Source: an uncultured Acidimicrobiia bacterium | GTDB taxonomy: Bacteria > Actinomycetota > Acidimicrobiia > Acidimicrobiales > JACDCH01 | DNA: 64,000 bases | Direction of reading: 5' to 3' | Assembly: GCA_963821725.1 (NCBI GenBank) | Contig: CAWGFA010000026.1 | Span: forward strand, 13,906 to 77,905 | In this document: piece by piece, positions 29,663 to 39,157 of the stretch | Layout of the letters: every line of letters begins with the position of its first letter | How positions within the stretch are numbered: position 1 is the stretch's first letter | Made by a program: the position numbers and the translations under genes | The notes under the pieces: model-generated | Database searches by the model: none | Told to the model about the DNA's origin: nothing | What the model saw: only the letters and a program-made list of their open reading frames with translations

Positions 29663-29788
29663 GAGCGACGACCTCCCCCGCCTTTCTACCTGCGGGGGTC
29701 GGTCCTGGCACTGTGTGTCGGAGTGGCCGCGGCCGGGGGTGTGGCGCCACGGCGTCGATGAGTTGTCGCAGTCGGCATCGTCTGCATC

Positions 29789-30439
29789 GTGATGGCTTCG
29801 TACGTGCTGATCCACGGTGCCGGCTCGGACTCCTGGTACTGGCATCTGGTTGTCCCGAAACTCCAGGCGCGCGGCCATGACGTCGTCGCGGTCGACTTGC
29901 CCTGCGACGACGATTCCGCCGGCTTGGCGGAGTACGCGGCGACGGTTGTCGATGCTGCGACCGGTCTCGAGCACGTCGTCGTCGTGGCGCAGTCGCTCGC
30001 CGGTTTCACGGCCCCATTGGTGTGTGATCGCCTGCCCGTCGACCTGATCGTTCTCGTCGCCGCCATGGTCCCGCGGCCGGGCGAGTCGCCCGGCGACTGG
30101 TGGGCGAACACGGGCCACGTGTTTCCCGAGCCGTTCGATCCGGAGGTGATCTTCACCCACGACTTGACGCCCGAGTTGCGCGTCGAGTCCGTCGAGCACG
30201 TTCGCGACCAGTCCTCGACGCCCTTCCAGAAACCGTGGCCCCTCGACGCGTGGCCGGACGTCCCCACACGATTTCTCCTGTGTCGCGACGACCGGTTCTT
30301 CCCGGCCGACTTCCAGCGTCGCGTCGTGCACGATCGGCTCGGCTTCGCACCCGACGAGATGGACGGCGGCCACTTGCCCGCGCTGGCACGACCTGACGAG
30401 CTGGTCGAGCGCATCGAGGGGTACCGCGCTTCGCTCTGA
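29789..30439 (+). CDS. Alpha/beta hydrolase (small esterase type)
   Basis: Intact 216-aa ORF: YVLIHGAGSDSWYWHLV...VVAQSLAG...GGHLPAL. Confidence 0.85.
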   Translation: MMASYVLIHGAGSDSWYWHLVVPKLQARGHDVVAVDLPCDDDSAGLAEYAATVVDAATGLEHVVVVAQSLAGFTAPLVCDRLPVDLIVLVAAMVPRPGESPGDWWANTGHVFPEPFDPEVIFTHDLTPELRVESVEHVRDQSSTPFQKPWPLDAWPDVPTRFLLCRDDRFFPADFQRRVVHDRLGFAPDEMDGGHLPALARPDELVERIEGYRASL

Positions 30440-30490
30440 CCGACGGTCCCGCTCGACGTCGATCGTGCATCGACGCGCCGAGCGACGACG

Positions 30491-32824
30491 TCACTGCACG
30501 ATCGTCGTCGTGGTGGTCGTGGTCGACGAGGGAGGCGGGCTCGTGGTGGTCGTGGTCGGTTGCGGCGTCGGTGGCAGCGGGGCTGTCGTGGAGGGTGCTG
30601 GAGGCGGCGGAGGGGGCGCAGCAGGAGCGTTCATCGTGAACGACGCATGGGCCACGGACTGCGGGCCAGTGCCGGGGTCACACCACGCCTGCACGTCTGC
30701 CGGCCCCGGTGGGACATCGGCGGGAACGACCACCGTGGTCGTTCGGTGGTCGTCGGTCGCTCCTGCCTGCGGCGCCGACCGCGCCGACCCGACGGTGACG
30801 TACCAGCCGGCGGCGCACTGGTTGTACCCGATGCCGTCGGCGGTGATGGTCGTGCCGGGACCACCGTTCGCAGGCGTGACCGTGAGGTTGGCCATGACCC
30901 CGGGCGGCGCGAGCAGTGCCGGCGGCGGGTCGGGGAACTTGTCGGGCGGGACGTCCGCCAGCGCGGCCGCCATGAACTGGTGCCAGATCTGGGCCGGCAA
31001 CGTTCCCCCGGTGACCGTGATGCCGTGGACGTTGTCCATGGGCCGGCTGTTGGTCTCGGGATATCCCATCCACACGACCGCGGCGTAGTCGGGGGTGTAG
31101 CCGGCGAACCACGCGTCGCCGTTGTTCTCGGTCGTGCCGGTCTTGCCGGCGACGGGCCGGTCGAGCTTGGCGGCGGTTCCGGTGCCGCGATCGATCACCT
31201 GCTGCAGCACGAAGTCGACGAGATGGGCGGTGTCCGGCTTCATCGCCGGTGACGTCTTGGGATCGGCGTCGAACAGCGTGTGACCGTCGGGCGCCTGGAC
31301 CTTGGCGATGGCGAATGGTTCGACGCGCTCACCGTCGCGGGCGAAGGTGAGATAGGCGTCGGCCAGCTCCAGCGGCGACACGTCGCCCGCGCCGAGCGTG
31401 ATCGACGGTTCGGTCGGCAGGTCGGACGTGATTCCGGCGGCGTGAGCGAGCGCCGCTGCCTTGTCCGGCCCGACCTGCAGCACGAGCTGCGCGTACACGG
31501 TGTTGACGGAGTGCACGGTGCCGTCGATGAGATCCGTCGGACCGAAGGCTTCGTTGTCGAAGTTCGACACCGTCCACGGACCCGACTGTGTGGGAAGGGT
31601 GATCTGCGGCGGCGCAGGGAAGACCTGCTTGACGGTCTTGCCTTGTTCGGCGTCCGCGGCGAGGACGAACGGCTTGAACGTCGAGCCGGCCTGCCGTCCC
31701 GTGCCGCCTCCCTGCTGCCCACGCGCGAGGTCGACCTTGAGCGCGTTGTAGTCCCGGCCGCCGACATACGCGCGGATCGCGCCGCTCTTGTCGAGCGCGA
31801 CGACTGCAGCCTGTGGGTCGTCGGGCTGGTTCAGCACCTGCGCGACCGCGGTCTCCGCCGCCTGTTGGTCGTCGAGGTCCAAGGTCGTCGTGATCCGTAG
31901 ACCGCCGCCGTACACCGCGCTCTCACCGAAACGCGCGATCGCCTCCTGCCGAACGAGGTCGACGAACCACGGCGCGACGCCGGGCAGGGACTGTGTCGCC
32001 AGCGCTCGATCGAGCGCGCCGATCGGCTGCTGCTTGATGGCCACAGCGTCGTTTTGGGCGAGCTTGTGGTTCTCGACCATCGAGTCGACCACGTGGTCCC
32101 GCCGCTGGCGCGCCGCATCAGGATGGGTGGTCGGGTCCGCGGTCTCGGGGCTGCGCAGCAGACCGACGAGGAACGCCGCTTGGTTCGCGTCGAGCTTGTC
32201 GGCGGTCGTGTTGAAGTAGACGTGCGCCGCGGCTTGGATGCCGTACGCGCCGCGACCGAAGTACACGATGTTCAGGTAGCGCTCGAGGATGTCGCGCTTG
32301 TCGTGCGTCTGCTCGAGCTTGATGGCCAACACGGCTTCCTTCGCCTTGCGGCTCAACGAACGGTCGCCGTTCAGGTAGCTGTTCTTGACCAGTTGTTGCG
32401 TGATCGTGCTGCCGCCCTCGACCGATCCGCCGGTCGCGTCGTGCCAGAGCGCCCGCACGACGCCACCGGGATCGACGCCGTGGTGATCGAAGAAGTGGCG
32501 ATCCTCCGCCGACAGGAGCGCATCGACGACGACCGGTGACACCTGATCGAGCTTCACCAACTCGCGGAGGCCGTTCTGGTCGAAGTTGGCGATGGGACGA
32601 CCCTTGGCGTCCACCACGACCGAGGACTGCAGCGGTGGGAGGTCGCTCGGCAGGTTCACCGAGTGCCAGAGCCACAAGAACGCGAGCAGACCGACGAGGA
32701 AGAGCGCGCCGATGCCTGCGACCGGCCAGCGCGCCCAACGCCAGTGGCGCTGAGCTGTTGTCTTCCATGTCGACGGCTCGCCTGCGGCCTCGTCGATCGC
32801 GGGTGAGTCCTCGACCACTGTCAC
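30491..32824 (-). CDS. Class A penicillin-binding protein (transglycosylase + transpeptidase) with extra C-terminal domain and Pro/Thr-rich tail
   Basis: Intact 777-aa ORF with an N-terminal TM segment, EDRHFFDHHGVD, STFKP and KTGTT. The tail is ...PPPPPPAPSTTAPLPPTPQPTTTTTSPPPSSTTTTTTTIVQ. Confidence 0.92.
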   Translation of the reverse strand: MTVVEDSPAIDEAAGEPSTWKTTAQRHWRWARWPVAGIGALFLVGLLAFLWLWHSVNLPSDLPPLQSSVVVDAKGRPIANFDQNGLRELVKLDQVSPVVVDALLSAEDRHFFDHHGVDPGGVVRALWHDATGGSVEGGSTITQQLVKNSYLNGDRSLSRKAKEAVLAIKLEQTHDKRDILERYLNIVYFGRGAYGIQAAAHVYFNTTADKLDANQAAFLVGLLRSPETADPTTHPDAARQRRDHVVDSMVENHKLAQNDAVAIKQQPIGALDRALATQSLPGVAPWFVDLVRQEAIARFGESAVYGGGLRITTTLDLDDQQAAETAVAQVLNQPDDPQAAVVALDKSGAIRAYVGGRDYNALKVDLARGQQGGGTGRQAGSTFKPFVLAADAEQGKTVKQVFPAPPQITLPTQSGPWTVSNFDNEAFGPTDLIDGTVHSVNTVYAQLVLQVGPDKAAALAHAAGITSDLPTEPSITLGAGDVSPLELADAYLTFARDGERVEPFAIAKVQAPDGHTLFDADPKTSPAMKPDTAHLVDFVLQQVIDRGTGTAAKLDRPVAGKTGTTENNGDAWFAGYTPDYAAVVWMGYPETNSRPMDNVHGITVTGGTLPAQIWHQFMAAALADVPPDKFPDPPPALLAPPGVMANLTVTPANGGPGTTITADGIGYNQCAAGWYVTVGSARSAPQAGATDDHRTTTVVVPADVPPGPADVQAWCDPGTGPQSVAHASFTMNAPAAPPPPPPAPSTTAPLPPTPQPTTTTTSPPPSSTTTTTTTIVQ

Positions 32825-32904
32825 AGCGGCACGGGTTCCCCGATTTTCTGCTCGTCACTCGGAACGTGACAATTCGAACCGTTTGCGCGCGGCGACCCCT
32901 CCTG

Positions 32905-32953
32905 CGAACTTCGGGTCGATTCCGGGGCTATGACCCCGGAATCGCACCAACAT
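32905..32953. repeat. 49-nt palindromic intergenic element, copy B
   Basis: Sequence CGAACTTCGGGTCGATTCCGGGGCTATGACCCCGGAATCGCACCAACAT. It has an 11-bp stem (32912-32922 with 32929-32939) and matches copy A at 44 of 49 positions, including non-palindromic flanks. Confidence 0.8.
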
Positions 32954-32987
32954 TCGTCGCGCGGCAGCCCACGCGCGGTGCTGCGCG

Positions 32988-33868
32988 CTAGTTCGACGAA
33001 CCCGCTTTCGCGGTGTTCTCGACGATGGCGTCGACGATCCGAGGCCAGAGCGGGATCGGAAGGTCGTGGCCCATGCCCTCGAGGTTCAGCAACTCCGCGC
33101 CGGGAACGGCTTTGGCGGTCGCCTCCCCCCCGCTCGGCGTCACCAACGGGTCGTCGACACCATGGATCACGAGAGTGGGAACGGTCACGCCTCGTAGCCC
33201 CGGAGTGCGGTCGCCCGACGCCACGATCGCGACGAGTTGGCGGGCCATGCCGACGTCGTCGTGGTCCCGGTTCCAGGCCTCGACCGCTCTGGCCCGGATG
33301 CGCTCCTCGTCGAGGGGATAGCCCTTGCCGCCGATCACCTTGGATGCGAGAACTGCCGAGTCCGCCGCATCGTCGACGGTCTGGGGGGCGAGGTCGTCAG
33401 CATCTCGAGCGCGTCCGGTGTCGGCTGGCCCACCGCGGTGTCGCCCGTCGTCGACATGATCGAGCACAGCGACAGTGTCTTGTCAGGGTGCTCGATCGCG
33501 AACGCCTGGGCGATCATCCCGCCCATCGATGCGCCGACGATGTGCGCGGCCGGAATGCCGAGCGCATCGAGCAGGCCGGCAGCGTCCGCGGCCATGTCGT
33601 TGATGAAGTACGAGGCGGACGACGTGTCGCCGACCATCGCGGCCATGACGTCGGGAGTCGGAGCGTCGTGGAAGTGCGTGCTGAGGCCGACGTCGCGGTT
33701 GTCGAATCGGATGACGTGAAAGCCGCGGTCGGCGAGACTCTGACAGAGCTCCGTGTCCCAGACGATCATCTGGGCGCCGAGGCCCATGATCAACAGCAGC
33801 GGCGGATCTGACGTGTCTCCGAATGACTCGTACTCGATCTGGATCCCGTTGGCGGTGACGTTCGGCAT
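32988..33868 (-). CDS. Alpha/beta hydrolase; frame break near 33400
   Basis: ORF 33335..33868 (MPNVTANGIQIEYESFGD...GASMGG...) plus ORF 32988..33467 (PTLVIHGVDDPLV...GMGHDLP). Confidence 0.8.
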
Positions 33869-33870
33869 GG

Positions 33871-35062
33871 TCAGGAGGTTATGACGCTCGCGTAGGCCGC
33901 GTTCCAGAAGTCGGTCGCCACCTCCGGCGGCTCCGGCGACATCATCGCCCGCTGCGTCAACAGGATCCCGGTGAGCCCCACCGCAGGGTCCGTCCGCCAG
34001 GACGTACCGGTGCCGCCTTCCCAGCCGTAGCCCCCCGGCACGCCGGTCGATCCGTCCGCGGCGGGCACGGCCATCATCAGTCCCCAGCCGCTGTGGTCAC
34101 CCACGAAGACTGCGCTGTCGGCGCGCTCCTCGGCGGACATGCGGTCGATCATCATCGACCGCACCGACTCCGGGGAAAGAAGTGCGCCGCCGTCGCTCGC
34201 CAGCATCGACGTGAACGCGAACAGATCGTCCACGGTCGAGACGAGTCCCCCGGCCGCGCTGGGCAGCTTCGGTGGCACCGACCACCAGCCGTCGGGCCGA
34301 TCGAGCAAGCGCAGTCGGCCCGTCTCGCTGTCGGGCGCGTATTGCGTCGTGAAGCGGTCGAGGTCGCCCGGAGGAACGTAGAAACCGGTGTCGACCATGC
34401 CGAGCGGGTCGAAGACGCGCTCGCGCAGCACCGTGGCGAGCGGGTGCCCGGCCACTCGCTCGATGAGCACGCCGGCGACATGTGCGCCCGTGTTGTAGCG
34501 CCAGCCCGCGCCCGGCTGGTGGAGCAGCGGCAGGCTCCCGAGAGCGGCGATCCACTCGTCCGGGGTCAGCTCGGTGGGCGGCCACGGCTCGGAGTACGTC
34601 TTGAGGTCCAGCGCACGCTCGGCCCGCTGGATCGGATACGTGCCGGGCATCGCCATCACGCGTGCCGTAACCCAGGTGGAAGGACAGCACGTCTTCGACG
34701 GTGATCGGCCGTTCGGCCGGCACCGTGTCGTCGAGCTCGGACTCCAGCGTGCGTAGGACCCGTGGCTGGGCCAGCTCCGGGAGCCAACGCTCGACCGGAT
34801 CGTCGAGCGACATCGCGCCGTCTTCGATCAGCAGCATCGCCGCGACGCCGGCGATCGGCTTCGTGATCGACGCGATGCGGAAGATGGCGTCACGTCCGAT
34901 GGGCTCCGTCGCACCGAAGTCCTTGAATCCGATCGCTTCGACGTGCACGTCGTCGCCGCACGCCACGAGCGCGACGAGCCCCGGCATGTCGCCTCGCTCG
35001 ACGTGCCGGGCGAGTGCGCCGTGCAGACCTTCGATGCCTTCTGCGGTGAGTCCGCTGACCAT
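33871..35062 (-). CDS. Serine hydrolase, beta-lactamase/esterase family (SxxK); frame break near 34655
   Basis: ATG at 35062 is preceded by AGGAGG. The N-terminus is in ORF 34097..35461 (FRIASITKPIAG), and the rest in ORF 33871..34659 (WRYNTGAHVAG...GGLVSTVDDL...GYGWEGGTGT). Confidence 0.8.
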
Positions 35063-35151
35063 GCGTGTCCTCCTGTTCGTCAACTTCTCAGACGACGTCA
35101 CCCCGCCAGACTCATCGCCGACCGGCTGCCCCCTCCCGCGAGCGACTGCGC

Positions 35152-35871
35152 TCAGCGTGTGTAGACCGAGATGACGTTGTCGCTGTTCGCGGTGAAGGCC
35201 TGCCGGTGCCAGCCGCCCCACCGCTCGCGCAGCCGAAGACCGGCGAACCGTGCCATCAGGTCGAGCTCGCTCGGCCACGCGTAGCGCTGCATGACCGGGT
35301 TGAAGGTGACGCCGTCCTTCGAGACGTGGACGTGGTTCTCGTGGAGCAGTTGCGTCGCAGGATCGAGACGCAGGAGATCGAAGCGCACGGAGTCGACGGC
35401 GATGCCTTCGGCGTCCACATACTGGCCGCCGCGCAGGTGATCGATGAACGCGAGCGTGCACCCACCCTCGATCACGAAGGCGCCGTCGTCGGTGAGGTGT
35501 GACGCCACGTTCTCGAAGCAGCGCACCTGGTCGTCCTGCGTGAGCAAGTTGAAGAACGAGTTGAACACGACGTACACGAGTCGATAGGTGCGCGACACGC
35601 CGACGTCGGCGAAGTCGCCAATGGTGACGTCGAGATCGCCGCCTCCCGGTTTCGTCCGAAGCTTCGCCACCATGTGCGGCGAGAGATCGATGCCGTCGAC
35701 GCGCACACCTGTGGTCGCCAGTGGCAACGCGATCCGTCCGGTTCCGATGGCAAGCTCGAGTGCAGGGCCGCCCGCGGCGAGCGCGGCGAGGAATTCGACC
35801 GTCGCGTCTTCGTCGCCGCGGACGGCGAGACCGTCGTAGACCTCGGCGGTGGCCGCGTCGAAGGTCATCAT
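35152..35871 (-). CDS. Class I SAM-dependent methyltransferase
   Basis: Intact ORF 35152..35925. The likely start is ATGATG at 35871 (MMTFDAATAEVYD). Motif I is LELAIGTGRIALPLA. Confidence 0.85.
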   Translation of the reverse strand: MMTFDAATAEVYDGLAVRGDEDATVEFLAALAAGGPALELAIGTGRIALPLATTGVRVDGIDLSPHMVAKLRTKPGGGDLDVTIGDFADVGVSRTYRLVYVVFNSFFNLLTQDDQVRCFENVASHLTDDGAFVIEGGCTLAFIDHLRGGQYVDAEGIAVDSVRFDLLRLDPATQLLHENHVHVSKDGVTFNPVMQRYAWPSELDLMARFAGLRLRERWGGWHRQAFTANSDNVISVYTR

Positions 35872-35943
35872 CGGCTCGTAACCCTTCACGACCGAGATGC
35901 CAGTCGCGCGGTCACGCCCGCGCAACCGATTTGGAAGCCGCGA

Positions 35944-36600
35944 TCAGTGAGGCTCGGGAACGATCCGGATGTACGGCTTCGGCTCCTTCCAGCTGCCGTA
36001 GATCTCCTTCGCCTCGTCGTTGGACACAGAGCCGGCGATGATCACGTCCTCGCCCTGCTTCCAGTTGACCGGCGTCGCCACTCGATGGTTGGCGGTGAGT
36101 TGCAGCGAGTCGATGACCCGCAGCACCTCGTCGAAGTTGCGTCCCGTCGTCATCGGGTAGACGAGGATCAGCTTCACCTTCTTGTCCGGACCGATCACGA
36201 AGACGTTGCGGACGGTCTGGTTGTCGGCCGGCTTGCGGGCCTTGGCGTCGCCCGACGTGTCGGCCGGCAGCATGCCGTAGAGCTTCGAGACCTTGAAGTC
36301 ATCGTCGGCGATCATCGGGTAGGTGGGGCGAGCGCCCTGCGTCTCCTCGATGTCGTCGGCCCACTTCTCGTGATCTCCCTTGGCGTCGACCGACAGGCCG
36401 ATGATCTTCACGCCTCGACGGTCGAACTCGGGCTGGAGCTTCGCCATGTAGCCGAGCTCGGTCGTGCAGACCGGCGTGAAGTCCTTCGGATGCGAGAACA
36501 GCACCGCCCAGGAATCACCGATCCAGTCGTGGAACTTGATCCTGCCCTGCGTCGTGTCCGCCTCGAAGTCGGGCGCCGTGTCGTTGATGGCCAAACCCAT
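35944..36600 (-). CDS. 1-Cys peroxiredoxin (Prx6 / AhpC-TSA family)
   Basis: Intact 218-aa ORF: WAVLFSHPKDFTPVCTTELG. Confidence 0.92.
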   Translation of the reverse strand: MGLAINDTAPDFEADTTQGRIKFHDWIGDSWAVLFSHPKDFTPVCTTELGYMAKLQPEFDRRGVKIIGLSVDAKGDHEKWADDIEETQGARPTYPMIADDDFKVSKLYGMLPADTSGDAKARKPADNQTVRNVFVIGPDKKVKLILVYPMTTGRNFDEVLRVIDSLQLTANHRVATPVNWKQGEDVIIAGSVSNDEAKEIYGSWKEPKPYIRIVPEPH

Positions 36601-36793
36601 GTCCGCTCCTCTGTTGTTTCGTTCGTCTTAGCTGGTCCCGAGCGCCCATGTGAAGCGCGGGCCGCATCAGCTGCGGGACGTCGAGCCTATGGTTCCGCCC
36701 GTCCTTCACCTACTCCGGGCGAAGGATCGTGCCGACCGCCAGGAGATCGAGTCGCTGATCGAGGCGGATCTGGATCGGGGCCGTTAGCGCTCG

Positions 36794-37729
36794 ATGGCGC
36801 GTAGCTTGAGCCAGGTGACACAGTTCGACACCGAGATCACGCTGACCGGGCCGTTCCGGCAGCCGGCGCAGATGCTTGCTGCGCAGGAGTACGGAGGCCA
36901 CAGCAGCATCCATGACGCCGAGACGGCCGGCGACTTGGGTCTCACGGGTGCTCCCATCGAAGCGCCCACGCATTTCAGTCAATTCGATCCGCTCGCCGCG
37001 CTCGTGTGGGGGCGCGACTGGTTCGAGCACGGGTGCATCAGCGGCCACTTCACGACGATGGTGGTCGAGGGCGAGGAGGTTCGAGCCGACCTCACAGTCG
37101 ACGGCTCCAGCGGCGGACGCATCACCGCAGTCAAAGCCGACGGAGTCACGGTGCTGTCGGGCACCGCGTCGATCGGGCCGGAGTTCGCCGAGACCGAGCT
37201 CGACGTACGCCGCGCCCGTCAGCGTCCGCCTGGCGAATTGTTCGTCATCGATCAACTCGAGCTCGGCATGCGACGCGCTGCCGGCGAAGTGATGGTCGAC
37301 CACGGCACGAGCAACGGTCCGCTGTATCCGTTCTCACTCGACGACAAGTTGGCGCGCATCACCGAGCCGCATCCCTGGTACACGGCGGATGGCGGCACGT
37401 CGTCGCCCTGGGGGCGAGCCGCCCTCCCGATGGAGATGATCAGCGTGCTCGCGCACAAGGGCGGGCTCGGCTGGCCGATCCGGTCGCCGTCGCTCGGCCT
37501 GTTCGTCGACCTCGAGATCCGATTGCTGAACGGTCCCGTCTTCGTCGGACAGCCGTACGCCATCGAGAGCGAGATCGTCGGACTCGGAGAGAGCAGGCGA
37601 ACCGAGTCGTACTGGACCCGCACGACGCTCACCGACGTCGATCACCACATGCAAGTGGCGGTGGTCCTGCTGCACTCGGGGATCTTCAAGGAGTCGTACC
37701 CCGGCTACCCGACGGAGCGGCTCGGCTGA
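36794..37729 (+). CDS. Hypothetical protein, possibly double hot-dog fold
   Basis: Intact 311-aa ORF with normal amino-acid composition. No motif I can name with confidence. Confidence 0.6.
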   Translation: MARSLSQVTQFDTEITLTGPFRQPAQMLAAQEYGGHSSIHDAETAGDLGLTGAPIEAPTHFSQFDPLAALVWGRDWFEHGCISGHFTTMVVEGEEVRADLTVDGSSGGRITAVKADGVTVLSGTASIGPEFAETELDVRRARQRPPGELFVIDQLELGMRRAAGEVMVDHGTSNGPLYPFSLDDKLARITEPHPWYTADGGTSSPWGRAALPMEMISVLAHKGGLGWPIRSPSLGLFVDLEIRLLNGPVFVGQPYAIESEIVGLGESRRTESYWTRTTLTDVDHHMQVAVVLLHSGIFKESYPGYPTERLG

Positions 37730-37759
37730 ACGCGGCCGCATCTCGACGAATGTTGGTGC

Positions 37760-37785
37760 GCCGTGGTCGCCCGAGCAACCACGGC
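37760..37785. terminator. GC-rich stem-loop GCCGTGGT-N10-ACCACGGC between convergent genes
   Basis: 8-bp perfect inverted repeat read directly. No U tract. Confidence 0.3.
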
Positions 37786-37831
37786 GACCCAGAGTTCGAT
37801 CGGCTGTCAGCGATCGGTCTGCGGCCCATCG

Positions 37832-39157
37832 TCAGTCCGTGCCGCGTGGTCTCGGGGCCGTGCCGTTCTTGGGGAGTTGGTTGAACGGAAGGCGCGAGAG
37901 GTCGCCCGGTTCCTTCGGCAGCCCCAAGACGCGTTCACCGATGATGTTGCGCTGGATCTGATCGGTGCCGCCGAAGATCGGCAGTGCTTGCGCCCTGAGC
38001 GCTTGCGCGGTGACGGCGTGGGCGGCCCGTCCACCGGGAAGGTCGGCAAGGTTCGCGCGCTGATCGTCGTCGTACGCGTGGAGCATCCCGCGGGCGCCGA
38101 GGATCCGCATGCCGAGGTCCCGGTTGAGCCGCAGGACGTGTGCCATCAGCAACTTCGAGAAGTTGGCGATACCCGGGATGTCTCCGCCCGCCGCCCGCAC
38201 GGCCTTGTGTCGTTCCGTGTTGAAGCGTCGGAGCTCGCCGAGGATGTGAGCCCGGGCCAGCTCCTGCCTCATCGTCGGATCGCGGTGCTGCCCCGTCTGT
38301 CGAGCGAGGTCGATGTAGAGCTTCGCCGGTGACGTCTGAGGCTTCGACTCCGAGTCGGCGCTCGGCACGGCGCGCGTCCTGACGAAGTCGCCGGCTCGTC
38401 TCTGCAGGTCACCGGCCACCGTCCCGGGCCGCACCATGAAGCCGGCGGGGGGCTGATTGCTGCCGGCGCCCATGCCCGAGCGCTCGTAGAGCAGCGTGGT
38501 GTTGGCGACGCTCCAGCCGTCATTCACCTCACCGATGCGAGCACGGTCCGCGACAACCGCGTCCGTGAAGAACACCTCGCTGAACATCGTGCTGCCGGTC
38601 ATCTCGCGCAGCGGGCGGACCTCCACACCGGGCTGGTGCATGTCGAGTACGAACCAGGTGATGCCCCGATGCTTCGGCGCCGATGGATCGGTGCGCGCCA
38701 GCAACATGCCCAGATCGGCGAGATGGCCGCCGGAGGTCCAGACCTTCTGACCGTTGACGACCCACACGTCGCCATCGCGCTCGGCGCGGGTCGACAAGCC
38801 CGCCAGGTCGGAGCCGGCGCCGGGTTCGCTGAACAACTGGCACCACGCGAGGCGGCCGGTCACGATGTCGGGCACGTAGCGCTCGATCTGCTCACGGGTC
38901 CCGTGGGTCGCGATGGTGGGCGCCGCGAGTGCGAGCCCGAGGCCGGCGGGTGGTCCGAGCGCACCGCACTCGGCGAGGACGCGACCGACCTGGAGCGCGT
39001 CGCCGCGGGAGAGGCCGCGTCCGTGACAGTCGACGGGCAGCATCGGCGCCGCCCAGCCAGCCGCACCGAGCCGTTCCCACCAGTCGCCGACGGGCAGGTC
39101 GGGGTCCCAGTTCGCTTCGAGCCAGTGGCGCAGTTCTTCCAACGGTTCGGTGGTCAT
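37832..39157 (-). CDS. Acyl-CoA dehydrogenase
   Basis: The part of ORF 37832..39409 from MTTEPLEELRHWLEANW (ATG at 39157, ATGA overlap with the upstream stop). Motifs: WCQLFSEPGAGSDLAGL...VVNGQKVWTSG...IFGGTDQIQRNIIGERVLGLP. Confidence 0.88.
   Translation of the reverse strand: MTTEPLEELRHWLEANWDPDLPVGDWWERLGAAGWAAPMLPVDCHGRGLSRGDALQVGRVLAECGALGPPAGLGLALAAPTIATHGTREQIERYVPDIVTGRLAWCQLFSEPGAGSDLAGLSTRAERDGDVWVVNGQKVWTSGGHLADLGMLLARTDPSAPKHRGITWFVLDMHQPGVEVRPLREMTGSTMFSEVFFTDAVVADRARIGEVNDGWSVANTTLLYERSGMGAGSNQPPAGFMVRPGTVAGDLQRRAGDFVRTRAVPSADSESKPQTSPAKLYIDLARQTGQHRDPTMRQELARAHILGELRRFNTERHKAVRAAGGDIPGIANFSKLLMAHVLRLNRDLGMRILGARGMLHAYDDDQRANLADLPGGRAAHAVTAQALRAQALPIFGGTDQIQRNIIGERVLGLPKEPGDLSRLPFNQLPKNGTAPRPRGTD

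Noticed and set aside
29663-30373. Upstream extension of ORF 28127..30373 as part of the ATPase
   Set aside because: It lies antisense to the clear alpha/beta-hydrolase gene at 29789..30439. The ATPase has a good ATG at 29662 followed by the typical His-rich N-terminus.
30465-31088. Gly/Val-rich plus-strand ORF (VVVVVVDEGGGLVVVVVGCGVGG...)
   Set aside because: It is the antisense image of the Pro/Thr-rich tail of the PBP gene.
1586-32953. The two 49-nt elements as attL/attR direct repeats of a 31-kb integrated island
   Set aside because: No integrase, excisionase, tRNA gene or phage/conjugation genes lie between them. The content is ordinary chromosomal metabolism, and composition looks uniform by eye.
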